From contig JWZX01003242.1 in the NCBI GenBank assembly GCA_001275005.1, forward strand, positions 1-34,624: a stretch of 34,624 nt of DNA, in the 5' to 3' direction. Origin of the DNA: Chrysochromulina tobinii. Lineage: Eukaryota. Positions 20,057-30,146 of the stretch are shown piece after piece. The position numbers were made by a program, and so were the translations under genes. Position 1 is the first letter of the stretch. Every line of letters begins with the position of its first letter. Under the pieces are notes generated by a model. That model was not told where the DNA came from. It saw only the letters and a program-made list of their open reading frames with translations, and searched no databases.

Positions 20057-20564
20057 AAGTTATGTCGACGTCTAGTCGACGTCACACGCGGATTAGGGAT
20101 TACGCGAGGTTCGCCCGGGTACATAGTACTTACGGTAGTAACCTTCAACCTAAAAAATGCCGGCTCACTTATGTCTCCGCTCGGACACAACGCAAAACCG
20201 TACCGTACGTGCAAGCCCATAGTTTTTTTCATCATACATGCTGGCGACGAACAAACACAAAACACGCATCCATCGCATGCTCTTTCGTACACGCGTGCAC
20301 ACACACGATAGTCACGGTGCGACGGGGAACGGAAGCTCCACGCCCAAGCTCGACCAGGATTCCAGGTGGCCCGCCCCACTCGGCATCTGAGACTCGGCTC
20401 CAGATCGATCGAAAGCACAGCGGTCGTGCTGCAGCTGTGCGTGCCGTGCCATCCGAGCCACGAGGCCCTGGTGAGGCAGAAAGGCTTCCAGCACCACATC
20501 TCCCATTCTTACGGGAGCCCATCGCGCTGCTGCTACACGTGCGGCCGTTCTAACTGCTGCTGGC

Positions 20565-21536
20565 TCACTTGGCATACGCCTGCATGGCGCCTTCGGGGGG
20601 CTTTGCAGAGGCGTCCCACTTGAGAAGGCGCTCCTTGTAGAACGCGTTGCCGACGCCCAAACGATCCGCAGCGGAGCCAAAGTTCATCGGGTTCATGTCG
20701 GCCACGTCATCCGGGATCTCATCCATGCCGTCGCTCTTGCGGTAGACGGCCTCGTCGCGCGCCCATGGCTCGTTGGTCACGGGCTTTAGGCCGCGGAGCG
20801 AATGCGGCACGTAATGCATGATCGAGTCGTCCCAATTCTTCTCCTTGTCGGTCATCGTGATCGTTGCGTGGTTGCCAAATGTGCCGTCCTGGTGTTCAGT
20901 CTCGCCGTCGTCGCCGCCTGCAAACTTGGCGTTGTCTGCGCGCACGAGCAACGCAGGCAGAGACGGACGTCAGCGAGCGGCAAGCATTGGCGGTGCGCAC
21001 CGACATGGCCACGGCGGTGCGCATGCAGCCCCGCTCCCCATCAGCCCTCCCCCCTCCCCCTCCCCTCTCCCCTCGGGCAGGCGCGTACAGACTGCCATGT
21101 CCTCAAACCACGGCTCGCGCGTGACCGGGTTGAGGCCGCGGATCTGCCAAGGAGCGGTGCGGAACGGCGTTGGGTTCCACCCCTGCTCCTTCTTCCATAG
21201 CTCAATGCCCTGCTCGTACTCGCGCTGCATCTCCTCCGCCGTTGGCGGCTTCTTCCCCTGTACCCTCCTCAACCTCGACATCGCGCCGTGGCCCTCCATG
21301 CCGCCTTCGTACGCTTTCTCGTCCTTGGCCCAAGGCTCGCGGTCTGTCTTGATACCACGCAGCGCCGGGGGGCATGCTCGGTGCGGCGTGTCGTTCCATG
21401 CTGGCAGCACCTTTTTCGGGCCCTTGGACGCTGCCTTCTTGCGGGGAGGCGAGTTAGCGGGGCGTTTGATCATCTCCTTGAGCTCCGCAACCTCGGCCTC
21501 CTCGGCGGCGGGCTCTGAGCCTGCAGGCTCGGACAT
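20565..21536 (-). CDS. Hypothetical 272-aa protein with three ~30-aa W..TP..P..LRGL.PVT.EPW..D.AVY repeats; intron 20936-21088
   Basis: ORFs 20970..21536 and 20565..20951 are joined in frame by the intron GTACGC..GCAG (MAV-Y-NAKF). The exons of 448 and 371 nt total 273 codons, and the same repeat occurs in both exons. Confidence 0.8.
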
Positions 21537-21797
21537 TCTGCCTCAGAATTGAGGTTTTGGTTCGCAAAGGCTAAGTTTGAGGGGTCAAACTTAAAACGCC
21601 GTATCGAGCTTTCAAGGCACAGGGAACTCTACGCTGCGGCACAGCACTGTCTGTACGCGAGACACGAGAGCCTAGGAACGACCGCGGAAGCCTTTTTCGG
21701 GGACACATGCTCTCCACGTTTTCAACACACTTTTGAGGCGCCCCTGCACCGGGTGACGGGGGGTTTCACTATCCTTTGGGGCCGGGGGGTCAAATCG

Positions 21798-22173
21798 GAT
21801 ACGTATCTTGATGTATCTTGATGTATCTTGATGTATCCTGCATGTATCTTGATTGTATCTTGATGTGTCCCGTTCATATACATCAAGATGCATCGAGATA
21901 CATCAATAAGATACATTTGTATCTGTCCGGCGTTTCCGTGTTTGCAAGTATCTGTCACTTTGGCCATCATAGGAAATGTATCTTACCTAGGGATATGTAT
22001 CCTTCTTTACGATACATTCTGGATACATTTAAGATACATTTAAGATACAATGTATCTTAACCGGTCAGATGGCAATGACATACACAAGATACAATCATCA
22101 TCCGGATACAGAGTCAAAGATACATATGGAATACATATAGGGATGCACATCAAGATACGTATCTCGAGCCCTA
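21798..22173. mobile_element. GATAC/GTATC-rich foldback or MITE-like element (non-autonomous, possibly a truncated DNA transposon end)
   Basis: AT-rich block with many GTATC and GATAC units in both orientations and tandem ATGTATCTTG. A perfect 17-bp inverted repeat GATACGTATCTTGATGT (21798-21814) pairs with ACATCAAGATACGTATC (22147-22163). No transposase and no clear TSD. Confidence 0.6.
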
Positions 22174-22249
22174 CTTGCGACCGGACGTCGGCGGGGCGAC
22201 GAGCCGATCGCATGACGTGGACAGGACACAAGTATTAATGTATTTTCGA

Positions 22250-23317
22250 CTAAGACGACTGCCCCCAATGATACATGGGCCGAAAGCGCGGATCAAGCAG
22301 AAAAGGATGACCAGTGCGAATGCCCCAATGGGTCAGCCTAAGATTCATAGCACGGTGCTCATTGTAGAGTAGAAATGAATTGTACTGTGTAGGTTTCAGA
22401 TGTTGGCGCAATGCTTGGTTCAAGAATGCTATGTGATCGTTCGCATTGGAACTGTTCCACCAGGTGTAGCTGGGTTTCGGTGAAGCCTCGCGTAGGGCAT
22501 CTGCAAAATAGATCGCGAAGCCGCTGAACGCGCTGTAAATCGTACCAAAGCAATTTTTCCGGATCGCATTCCTCACATTTGCCGAGACGGGGACGAGGGC
22601 CCCTATGTCATATGCTTGGCAGTCTTTGCGCTTGTTACGGACCATGCTTTGCCCGGCGATCGCTGCGGCGCTTAGTCGACGTCCGGCATAGAACATCTGC
22701 AAGAAGCTGGGGATGTCCACAACAACGAAGTCAATGTCGATCATTACGAAAGCATCCATCACATCCAGCAGTCTGAGTGCCCTTTCATACACAAGCTGGC
22801 GCATCTGAGAGAGCAAACGTATGCGTGCTTCACAGTTTCTTTTGTTCTTAGGGCAAAGCTTGACAGAAGGAAGCACAGCCTTGCCTTGGAGCAGGTCGCC
22901 CTGCACCTGCGGGTAGCGCCGTCCATACTCGATCAGAAGTTCCTTCGTCCCGTCTGTACTGTCATTCTCGCAGAAGAGAAGCCAAAACCGAGCAAACAAG
23001 GAGCCCAATCGTATCATGAAAGGAAGGTTACGCATCAAAAAGTCCATGCCGTCTCTCGTGATGAAGCCAAATGCTATGCTGGAATTGCGGGCCATAAGCT
23101 CGGCCTCCTGGGCGTGCACGTTGATGCAGTCTGTTTCGTTGCAAGGCAACACGCGTGAGTGACGCAAAGTCTCGTTGTTGCTTTGCACGTCCCTCGCTAG
23201 CTTCTTCCAGTCAAGGTTGCAACGATTTACCAATTGGCTGTCATACGACTTCCTGTCGACGGCTGACATACGAGCGCGTGTAGTGCACTCTCGTATGTTG
23301 GCACTGTGCTGCAGCAT
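22250..23317 (-). CDS. CAP59/GT69-like (GT-A fold) glycosyltransferase
   Basis: FGFITRD, FCENDSTDGTKELL, RIRLLSQMR, a DxD motif in VMIDID, YDIGAL, SAFSGFAIY and EH match the CAP59-type mannosyltransferase pattern. Intronless and visibly lower in GC than its neighbours. Start at 23317 or 23269. Confidence 0.7.
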   Translation of the reverse strand: MLQHSANIRECTTRARMSAVDRKSYDSQLVNRCNLDWKKLARDVQSNNETLRHSRVLPCNETDCINVHAQEAELMARNSSIAFGFITRDGMDFLMRNLPFMIRLGSLFARFWLLFCENDSTDGTKELLIEYGRRYPQVQGDLLQGKAVLPSVKLCPKNKRNCEARIRLLSQMRQLVYERALRLLDVMDAFVMIDIDFVVVDIPSFLQMFYAGRRLSAAAIAGQSMVRNKRKDCQAYDIGALVPVSANVRNAIRKNCFGTIYSAFSGFAIYFADALREASPKPSYTWWNSSNANDHIAFLNQALRQHLKPTQYNSFLLYNEHRAMNLRLTHWGIRTGHPFLLDPRFRPMYHWGQSS

Positions 23318-23876
23318 CGATGTCCAGTACTGTCAGCGGTATGCAGTAGTACAGTCCTGACCGGAACAAAGGCTAGAGAAAAGGAAATTGATATCCAACG
23401 CAAGTAGATATTCACTTATTCAGTTAGGGGCGACACCTTTTAAAACAATTTAAAGGGATGCATTTGGGAGGACGATCCATTTAGTCGAGGCCGGAGGAGT
23501 TGGTCGCATCGCGTGACCCGCTCTCCCACCCCCAATTAGTGAACGGGGCGGCGGATACGTAAAATTTTCGCATGAATTTTCGCAATAGCGTTAGCGAATA
23601 GCCTATTACTCAAAATACAAAACGACCTAAGAAACGGTAACGAGCTTCGCGTGTCGATGACTGATGTCTGATGTGTCTGTGCTGGTGAAATGTGATTACT
23701 CATCGGTGATTGTCTGTTGCTTACGGCTGGTACCTCACACCTTCCTACCGCGCTGTACTGTGTACATCGCATTGTGTGATCTCGACACCCGCGCGGGCGG
23801 TCCTCTCCGTCTCTCGGCGATGGTCGCGCCCAATTGGTCGCGCCACGCAGCGTCTATCGCCGGCACTCTCGTCTCT

Positions 23877-24531
23877 CTACTTTTCCTCCTTGGGATTGTA
23901 CACCACGATGCCCATACTGCGCGCTGAGCCCACGATCCCTCGCGCCAGCGTGCGTAATGAAATGTGCTCCTTGTTCATCTTCTTGAGATCTTGCCACTTC
24001 ACCTGCGACACACAGCGACGACCACTTTGCCGTCATGCAAGCACGGAGCAGGATGGGGGCAGGCGGACATCTGCGCAGATCGCAGCGCAGCGCCTGTGAT
24101 GAGGGGGCATGGCTCTAGGAGCACACGACCAGTGCAGCACGTGCACGCGTCAAGTGAGCCGCCGGCGCAGAGGAGCGCACCTTTGCAATCTCATACACTT
24201 GCTGCACCGTCACGCGGCCAACCGTCTCGTGGCCCGGGCGGTTGGCGCCCTTTTCTAGGCCGGCCGCCTTTTTCAGAAAGTAGCTCGTGTGAGGCGTAAA
24301 CGTGTCGAAAGTGAAGGTGCGATCCACGTACGCCTTCACCCGCACAGGAATGGGTGTGCCCTCCTTGTAGATGGATGTCTGATCATTGAATGCCTTGCAG
24401 AAATCCATGAGCTTGAGACCTCGCTGACCGAGGGCCGAGCCGACGGGAGGTTGCGGCGTGGCTTTGCCCGCCGGGACTATAATCCTGAATCTCGATGCCA
24501 GCTTGAGCTTCGACGCCGGTGCCGCAGCCAT
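23877..24531 (-). CDS. MRPL11: Mitochondrial ribosomal protein uL11m (158 aa); intron 24003-24180
   Basis: Exon 1: VPAGKATPQPPVGSALGQRGLKLMDFCKAFND..TSYFLKKAAG..VYEIAK. After the intron GTGCGC..GCAG, exon 2 (not in the ORF track) reads VKWQDLKK...IVGSARSMGIVVYNPKEEK*, the canonical L11 C-terminus. Confidence 0.92.
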
Positions 24532-24694
24532 TGGCGACGAGTCGAGACTCCCCACAGCGCCTTGACAAAACCACATCGACGTATTCATATGAAGGAATCT
24601 CACAAGTCAGTACATGTAAGAGTCCGGAGGGTGTTTCTTGATCGTATCCTGGATCTGGGACCAACTTCTCAAACTTCGTGCTCATTTCTCGACT

Positions 24695-25861
24695 ATGTCG
24701 CTCGACGTCCTGATCGAAGGGCCAGCTTTGCGTACCCCAGCGCCTCCTCCCCGGCCTCCACCACACCCGCCTGCGCTTCTATACACCATTCGAAATCAGC
24801 AGCTCCCGTGGGCGGACGCTGTCCAGTCGTGCACCAACTTGGGCTTGCAGCTGGCACAATTTGACGACCGTGTCGATCTCGCGGCACTGGTTCAACTGCT
24901 TGATCAGAGACGGCTGCAGATGGCCTCTGTTGGCCTCCAGAGCCCATTCTTAGAGGCGGTGTGGCTGGGGGCAAGACTTAATCAGTCAGCAGGTGTGTGG
25001 TACTGGCGGGATGGTCTGCAAGCTCGCTTTTTGGAGTTGGCCTCTCATGGGGCACCAATTATGCAAGGCAATGCCTCGTGCCTCACGCTGCGGTGGGAGC
25101 AGGAAATTGCCCCGGGCACATTTTCGGTCGTGCCCGTCTGGCGTGCGGCCGCATCGACGTGCGACGTTGCACTCCCATTTGTGTGCTCAGGATGGTCTGC
25201 ACTGCTTCGCCCGCCACCGCCACCGCCACCATCGCCTCCGCCGAGGTTGCCGAGGCCACCCCCACCGCAGCGAGCATCGAGGGTGTACGTCGTCGTCGAC
25301 GACAGCAGGCAGACTTTGGGGCCAGACTTCATGGTGAGCTTGGGGATTAGCTTGGGGATCATTCACCTTTGTCTCATTCTGGTTCGCTGCGCCCCTGCAT
25401 GGAGCAAGCTGGCGCAACGACGAGCGGCCCCCGCTACCGTCGAGGTGCAGCCTGCAGACGTGAGAGCTGCAGCCGTTCGCGCTGCTCGGGCAAGTCCTTC
25501 GTCCGGCGAAGAAGAAGGCGCAACCTCGATGGCAGCTCCACCGAGCGATATGGTACTAGTCAACGATGACGAGCGGCCCGTAATCGGCGCGCGACGATCA
25601 ACTGGGCGAACTCAGCCGGAGGTTACTATCCCGGATAGGACAACGCCACCTTCGGTACTCGCTGCGATGAGCGAGCTCTCCACGGATCCTGCGATCGGTG
25701 GTGTACGCCACCCAGGATATGAGTACCTGCCCGGCACGGCGCCGTTGGCGCCGCCTGCAAGGGGTCCAATGGCGCCTGCACCTGTCTCGCCTGACGAACC
25801 CGTGAGGCAGGAAGATTGGCATCCGGAAGAAGAGGTGGAGACGATTCACTTGGACTCGTGA
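24695..25861 (+). CDS. C-type lectin domain membrane protein with Pro-rich linkers
   Basis: CTLD pattern LPWADAVQSC..LGLQLA, VWLGA, WYWRDG, CLTL, W...C...LPFVC, then a poly-Pro stalk and a TM segment FMVSLGISLGIIHLCLILV. Transcribed divergently from MRPL11. Confidence 0.75.
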   Translation: MSLDVLIEGPALRTPAPPPRPPPHPPALLYTIRNQQLPWADAVQSCTNLGLQLAQFDDRVDLAALVQLLDQRRLQMASVGLQSPFLEAVWLGARLNQSAGVWYWRDGLQARFLELASHGAPIMQGNASCLTLRWEQEIAPGTFSVVPVWRAAASTCDVALPFVCSGWSALLRPPPPPPPSPPPRLPRPPPPQRASRVYVVVDDSRQTLGPDFMVSLGISLGIIHLCLILVRCAPAWSKLAQRRAAPATVEVQPADVRAAAVRAARASPSSGEEEGATSMAAPPSDMVLVNDDERPVIGARRSTGRTQPEVTIPDRTTPPSVLAAMSELSTDPAIGGVRHPGYEYLPGTAPLAPPARGPMAPAPVSPDEPVRQEDWHPEEEVETIHLDS

Positions 25862-26242
25862 GGTGGCGTCGTCGAAGGGAGCTGGAGTCAAGCTGGAGAG
25901 GGCCCCAATTCAACGCCCTCCGTAGGCGGCCGGTGTCACGGTGTGTGCGCGCTCCTTCCCCTTCCCGGTTTCCGCGCGCTAGCCCGGACGACAAGGGTGG
26001 CGGTCCGCCGGCGTCGCGGCGGTCGGGTCGCGCGCGCGCGCAACGCACACGCCCAGTCACGTCTCGGCCCGTCCGCCGCGGCGTCCCGCCCGACGCGCCC
26101 CGGCCCCCCCGCCGCCCGCGCGCCGCCGCCCCCCGGAGCGGGGGATCTTGCTCGAAAGTTGATTATCAAATGAGAGTGAAGAAGAAACAAAATATTTCAA
26201 ATGGAAACGCTATCAGGCCTTAGCGAAAGGAGACTTCGGTTC

Positions 26243-27307
26243 TCAGCGTGATCTCCGCCCCCGGTTTTTGACTTGCAACGACTCTGCCATGGCTTGCACA
26301 CGTAGCTGAGCTTCCGCCGTCAGGTTGTTATAGAGCGCTTGCACGCTCGGCCATGGGATCTTCTCCTTTCGATGCACATCGGGATCGTGCAGCACATAGA
26401 CGTGATCCCACTCCATGACGCGCACAAATGTAGTTTTCTTGAAGGTATTGTACGCCACAGGCAGCTCGTACACGCGGCTGAAGAAGTGGCGCCACACCGA
26501 CTGGTCGCCTGGATCTGAGGGCGTGTAGATGCTCTTCAGCGCCTTGGAGTCGCGCTTCGAGGTCGTGCCGTTACCGTTCATGAGGGCTTGCATGCGCCCG
26601 TGCAACGCCTCGTCAGGCTTCAGTACCATGAGCCCAGAGTTCATCTCCCAGATCGGGAGATTGCTGCGCTTCTGGGCCCAGCACTTGAAGCGGTAAACGA
26701 ACGACGGCGACGGGAGGCTCGCGAGATGATCAATATTGCGCAAGACCACCGCATCAGTGTCGAGGACCACAATCCGGCGGAACTGCGTGAGCGAGAGCAC
26801 CGACAGCTTGGCAAACGAACCCCAGTGGAAGGCACTCGCCCAGCGCGGCACGCGGATGCGATGACGAGTCGCGTCCGCGATGATCAGTCGCAGCTGCCAA
26901 AACTGCTGCACGAGCGCCTGCTCGAAACCTTCGTGGCGCTCGCCAGAGAGCAGCAAGTGAACCGGCAGCACTGAAGCTGCAGCCTGCAGCGACAGCAGCA
27001 ACCTCACAATCAATCGCATCGCATTCAAATACGACCGGAACGGGTCGGTTTTATACCAGTATCGGACCAGCGATCGATTGAAACCATAGACGATCACGTA
27101 GCTCTCACCTCCACGGGCGGTGTACCTTGGCTCGCTGCGGATCCCGCTGGCCTTGCAGTACGTGGTGGGGAGGCAAATTGGCAATGCCAACCGCGATTCG
27201 TGGCTGGGCCGAGCCGTGCGGTTGAACGCGCATTCGCACGACTGGGTTGTCTGGTTTGGCGGCTGTGGACAGAAAGCTGGAAGGAGGAGCGCCAGGACGG
27301 CTGCCAT
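26243..27307 (-). CDS. Glycosyltransferase family 8 (glycogenin/PGSIP-like)
   Basis: SFAKLSVLSLTQFRRIVVLDTDAVVLRNIDHL, NSGLMVLKPD, GDQ, LPVAYN and VLH. The likely ATG at 27307 gives the hydrophobic N-terminus MAAVLALLLPAF. Confidence 0.85.
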   Translation of the reverse strand: MAAVLALLLPAFCPQPPNQTTQSCECAFNRTARPSHESRLALPICLPTTYCKASGIRSEPRYTARGGESYVIVYGFNRSLVRYWYKTDPFRSYLNAMRLIVRLLLSLQAAASVLPVHLLLSGERHEGFEQALVQQFWQLRLIIADATRHRIRVPRWASAFHWGSFAKLSVLSLTQFRRIVVLDTDAVVLRNIDHLASLPSPSFVYRFKCWAQKRSNLPIWEMNSGLMVLKPDEALHGRMQALMNGNGTTSKRDSKALKSIYTPSDPGDQSVWRHFFSRVYELPVAYNTFKKTTFVRVMEWDHVYVLHDPDVHRKEKIPWPSVQALYNNLTAEAQLRVQAMAESLQVKNRGRRSR

Positions 27308-27338
27308 CTCGTGAAGAGCGATTTGTTCGGCTTGGGAG

Positions 27339-27399
27339 TACTGTACCGGTAAAAAGACACCGGGGGGAGCCGGGACACACACGGGACACACGGGACACG
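27339..27399 (-). promoter_or_regulatory. Dispersed motif copy 3, ~30 nt upstream of the GT8 ATG
   Basis: The reverse complement reads CGTGTCCCGTGTGTCCCGTGTGTGTCCCGGCTCCCCCCGGTGTCTTTTTACCGGTACAGTA. The regulatory role is inferred. Confidence 0.55.
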
Positions 27400-28224
27400 C
27401 GGACGCACTAAGAGGGTCGACTTTTGGCCAGCACATCCGGCCGCGGGAAAATCTGAGGGAACTTGTATGCACGCGCCCCGCGTCAGCGTCTCTGATCTAT
27501 CCTCGTGGGCTGGCGCGAAAAGCATCATATATGCGAACCCGAGATTTACCACATTAATACGAGTTCTAAAGTACACGTTTCACGTAAAGTAGCTACACCG
27601 CTAGATTCCGAGAAAAAAAAACAGATCCGCCGGCGCGCGCCCCCGTGTCGGAGGCCAGAGGCAGGCAATGGAGGCAGGAACAGCCGCCGGGCGACGGCGG
27701 ACGGGCGCCGGGGGCGGGCCGCTTAAGCGGGCCGCAGCGTCGGACGCAGAGCGTGCCGCGGCCCGCGCGCGCGCGCGCCGCGCATCCGCGGACGACGCGG
27801 GGAGCGCGGTTCGCCCGGTACTCGCTTGCCGCATTCGCCCGTCCGGACACGACGTCGTCCGAATTCTCGATTCGGTAAGATTGAAGGTGTTTGGAATTTG
27901 CGCAATTTCGCGTTTCGGCTCTTCGTTTTTCGTCGGCTAATACACCGCGCCTCTTTCGCGACGTGATCGTTACTCCGTTGCGAACAGAATGTTCCATCGC
28001 CCTCCCCCGCGTCCTGGCCGCCTACACAGTCGAGTCGGGTGAGACGAGCGCGGGTCCGCCAAGGGCTAGCCTAGGGCAGGCCCGCGGGCGCGCCAGCCCC
28101 CCCATCCGGCCGCGGCCGCCCAGCTGCACCTTCCCCGGTTCAGCCTCGCGTGCGGAGAGCTACTTCCCGGTTCAGCCTCGCGTGGGCAATAGTCAAGGGT
28201 AGGAAACGTACTAGAGACAAGCCT

Positions 28225-29941
28225 TTATCTTTTGAAGTGGAACTCAGACAGCAGGGGCACGTGGTCGGACGAGAAGAGTGGTGAGGGCAGCGCTGTATTC
28301 TCGTGTACTTGCCGATCGTCGACCATCTCGAGCAGGCCGCCGACGGAGAGGCGATCGTATGTATACCACATGTAGTCGAGCGTGCCCACGAAGTGGGAGG
28401 TGAAGTTGGTGTACGGCGGCTCCATCTTCTGCAGCTCGTGCGACTCGGCCGACGCGTTCACATGAGCGCCCACCGTGGCCATCGCGCTGCGCAGTGGCAG
28501 CGAGTGGCGCAACGGCAGCTGAGCGAGCAACCCCGCGGGGTCCTCTGCGGGCTGCACGCCGCCGAGGGCGAGGAGCGAGTGCGGGTCGGAGCCCGGCAGC
28601 GAGTTGAAGTCGCCAGCGATGACGAGAGGGATCGCGCCGAGCGAGCCGCTCTGCTGCTGCATGACGCGCTCCACCTCCTGGACGAGCATCTGCGTTTGCC
28701 ATAGCTTGACGTCAGCGAACTCGGGCGAGGCATTGATGTGCGTATTGGCGACGATCAGCTGGCGGCGCGAGGACGGGTGCGGCGCGGTCATCTCGAAGAG
28801 GATCACCTGCGCCACATTGTCCTTGAGCAGCCGGTTGAGCGTCCGCTTGTCGTTCCCGTGCCGCTGTCGCGCGATTGCGTTGAACTCGATATCCAACTGC
28901 CCCTGCGGCATGACCGTGAACTTGTCGCGGCGGTAGAAGATGGCGCAACCGTCCATCTTGCCGTACTGACCCATGAATTCACGCGTCTTGCATTTGTACA
29001 CACCCGAGTACGAGTACTTGTCGAGCTCGGGCGCCAGAAAGTTCTCGAAGTGGTCCGCCTGCACCTCCTGCAGGCACATGATGTCTGCGCGGTAGGTCAG
29101 GATCTCACGCAGGATGTTGCGTCGCCGGAAGTTCCACGGCAGCGCCCAGGCGGCACAGTACGGGTACGCGTCGGGCGTCGCATAGATCTCGGCCAGAAGG
29201 TTGTACGTGAGCAGCGTGAACCCCAGCCGGCTCGTGTTCGTGCGCGCCGTGCCCGGCTTGCCGAAGGAGACAACGACATTGTTGCGCACGAGCATCATGC
29301 GGCGCGGCTGCGGCGGCGGCGGCGGCGCGATGACGTAGCTCGTCTTGAGCGTCTTGGCAATCCCACGCTTGGACCCGTCCATGCTGAACGGGATCACTGC
29401 CAGCTTGAGCATGTGCCCAACGTCGTCTGGCAACGGCGTGTAGCTCAGCGTGTCCGCCACCTCGACCCACTTCTGCTCTGTCGCGACGACGTCGCCATCG
29501 ACACCGAAACCGTCGAGCGCGGCGGCCGCGGCGTCCTCGGTGCGAGCTCCACGGTTGTTCAGCCCCGTGCGATGCTGCGCTGCGTGCCCCGGCCACGCGG
29601 CCACGAAGCACTGCACTGTGCAGTAGTATGAATTGTCAGTCAGGCGCTGCATGGTAACCGGCGTCTTTCCACACCAGCTGCACGCCATCTTCTCGCTCGA
29701 GCGGTACCAGTGGTACTCGAGACGCGAGGATTGCAGACTCTGGCCGCCCTGCGGTGCGTGAACACGCACACAAGCATCGGTGCGGGCCGTCAGTCGGAGC
29801 AATCAGGGACAAGGAGGCGAGCGTGCCGGGTGTGAGATATGCGCTGCTCACCAAGAGGAAAACGTCTGGTGCCTGCTCGCAGCCCTCCACCGGCTGGTCA
29901 GGCATGAGCCGGAGCCTGTTGATGACCGGCGGCTCGTCCAT
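28225..29941 (-). CDS. CCR4: CCR4-family mRNA deadenylase (plant CCR4a/b-type N-terminus, no LRR); intron 29749-29851
   Basis: EEP motifs TYNLLA, CLQEV, NTHI, GDFNSLP, GTLDYMW and SDHVP. N-terminal PDQPVEGCE..., YHWYRS, YCTVQCFVAAW..H and YTP..DDVGH.LKL match plant-type CCR4. Exon 1 (30 aa) is joined in frame by GTGAGC..GCAG. Confidence 0.9.
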
Positions 29942-29999
29942 GTCGGCTGCTGGCAGGGACCGACAGCGAAAGGGACGCGATGAGGCAGGCTCCCTCCCT

Positions 30000-30028
30000 G
30001 TCAAGTCAAGTCAAGTCAAGTCAAGTCA
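30000..30028. repeat. (GTCAA)n pentanucleotide microsatellite upstream of CCR4
   Basis: Five full GTCAA units plus a partial sixth. Confidence 0.9.
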
Positions 30029-30146
30029 CTTCGTCTACAAAGAACAGGCAAGAACCATCTGTACGGGATGACAATCGAATATGCGACGTAGCCAGTTTTA
30101 GTGGAAACGAGTGTGGACTGATTGCGTCGAGAAGGCTCGTCAGCGA

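Noticed and set aside
23664..23927. Small plus-strand ORF with a hydrophobic stretch
   Set aside because: It overlaps MRPL11 exon 2 on the opposite strand, which explains the sequence.
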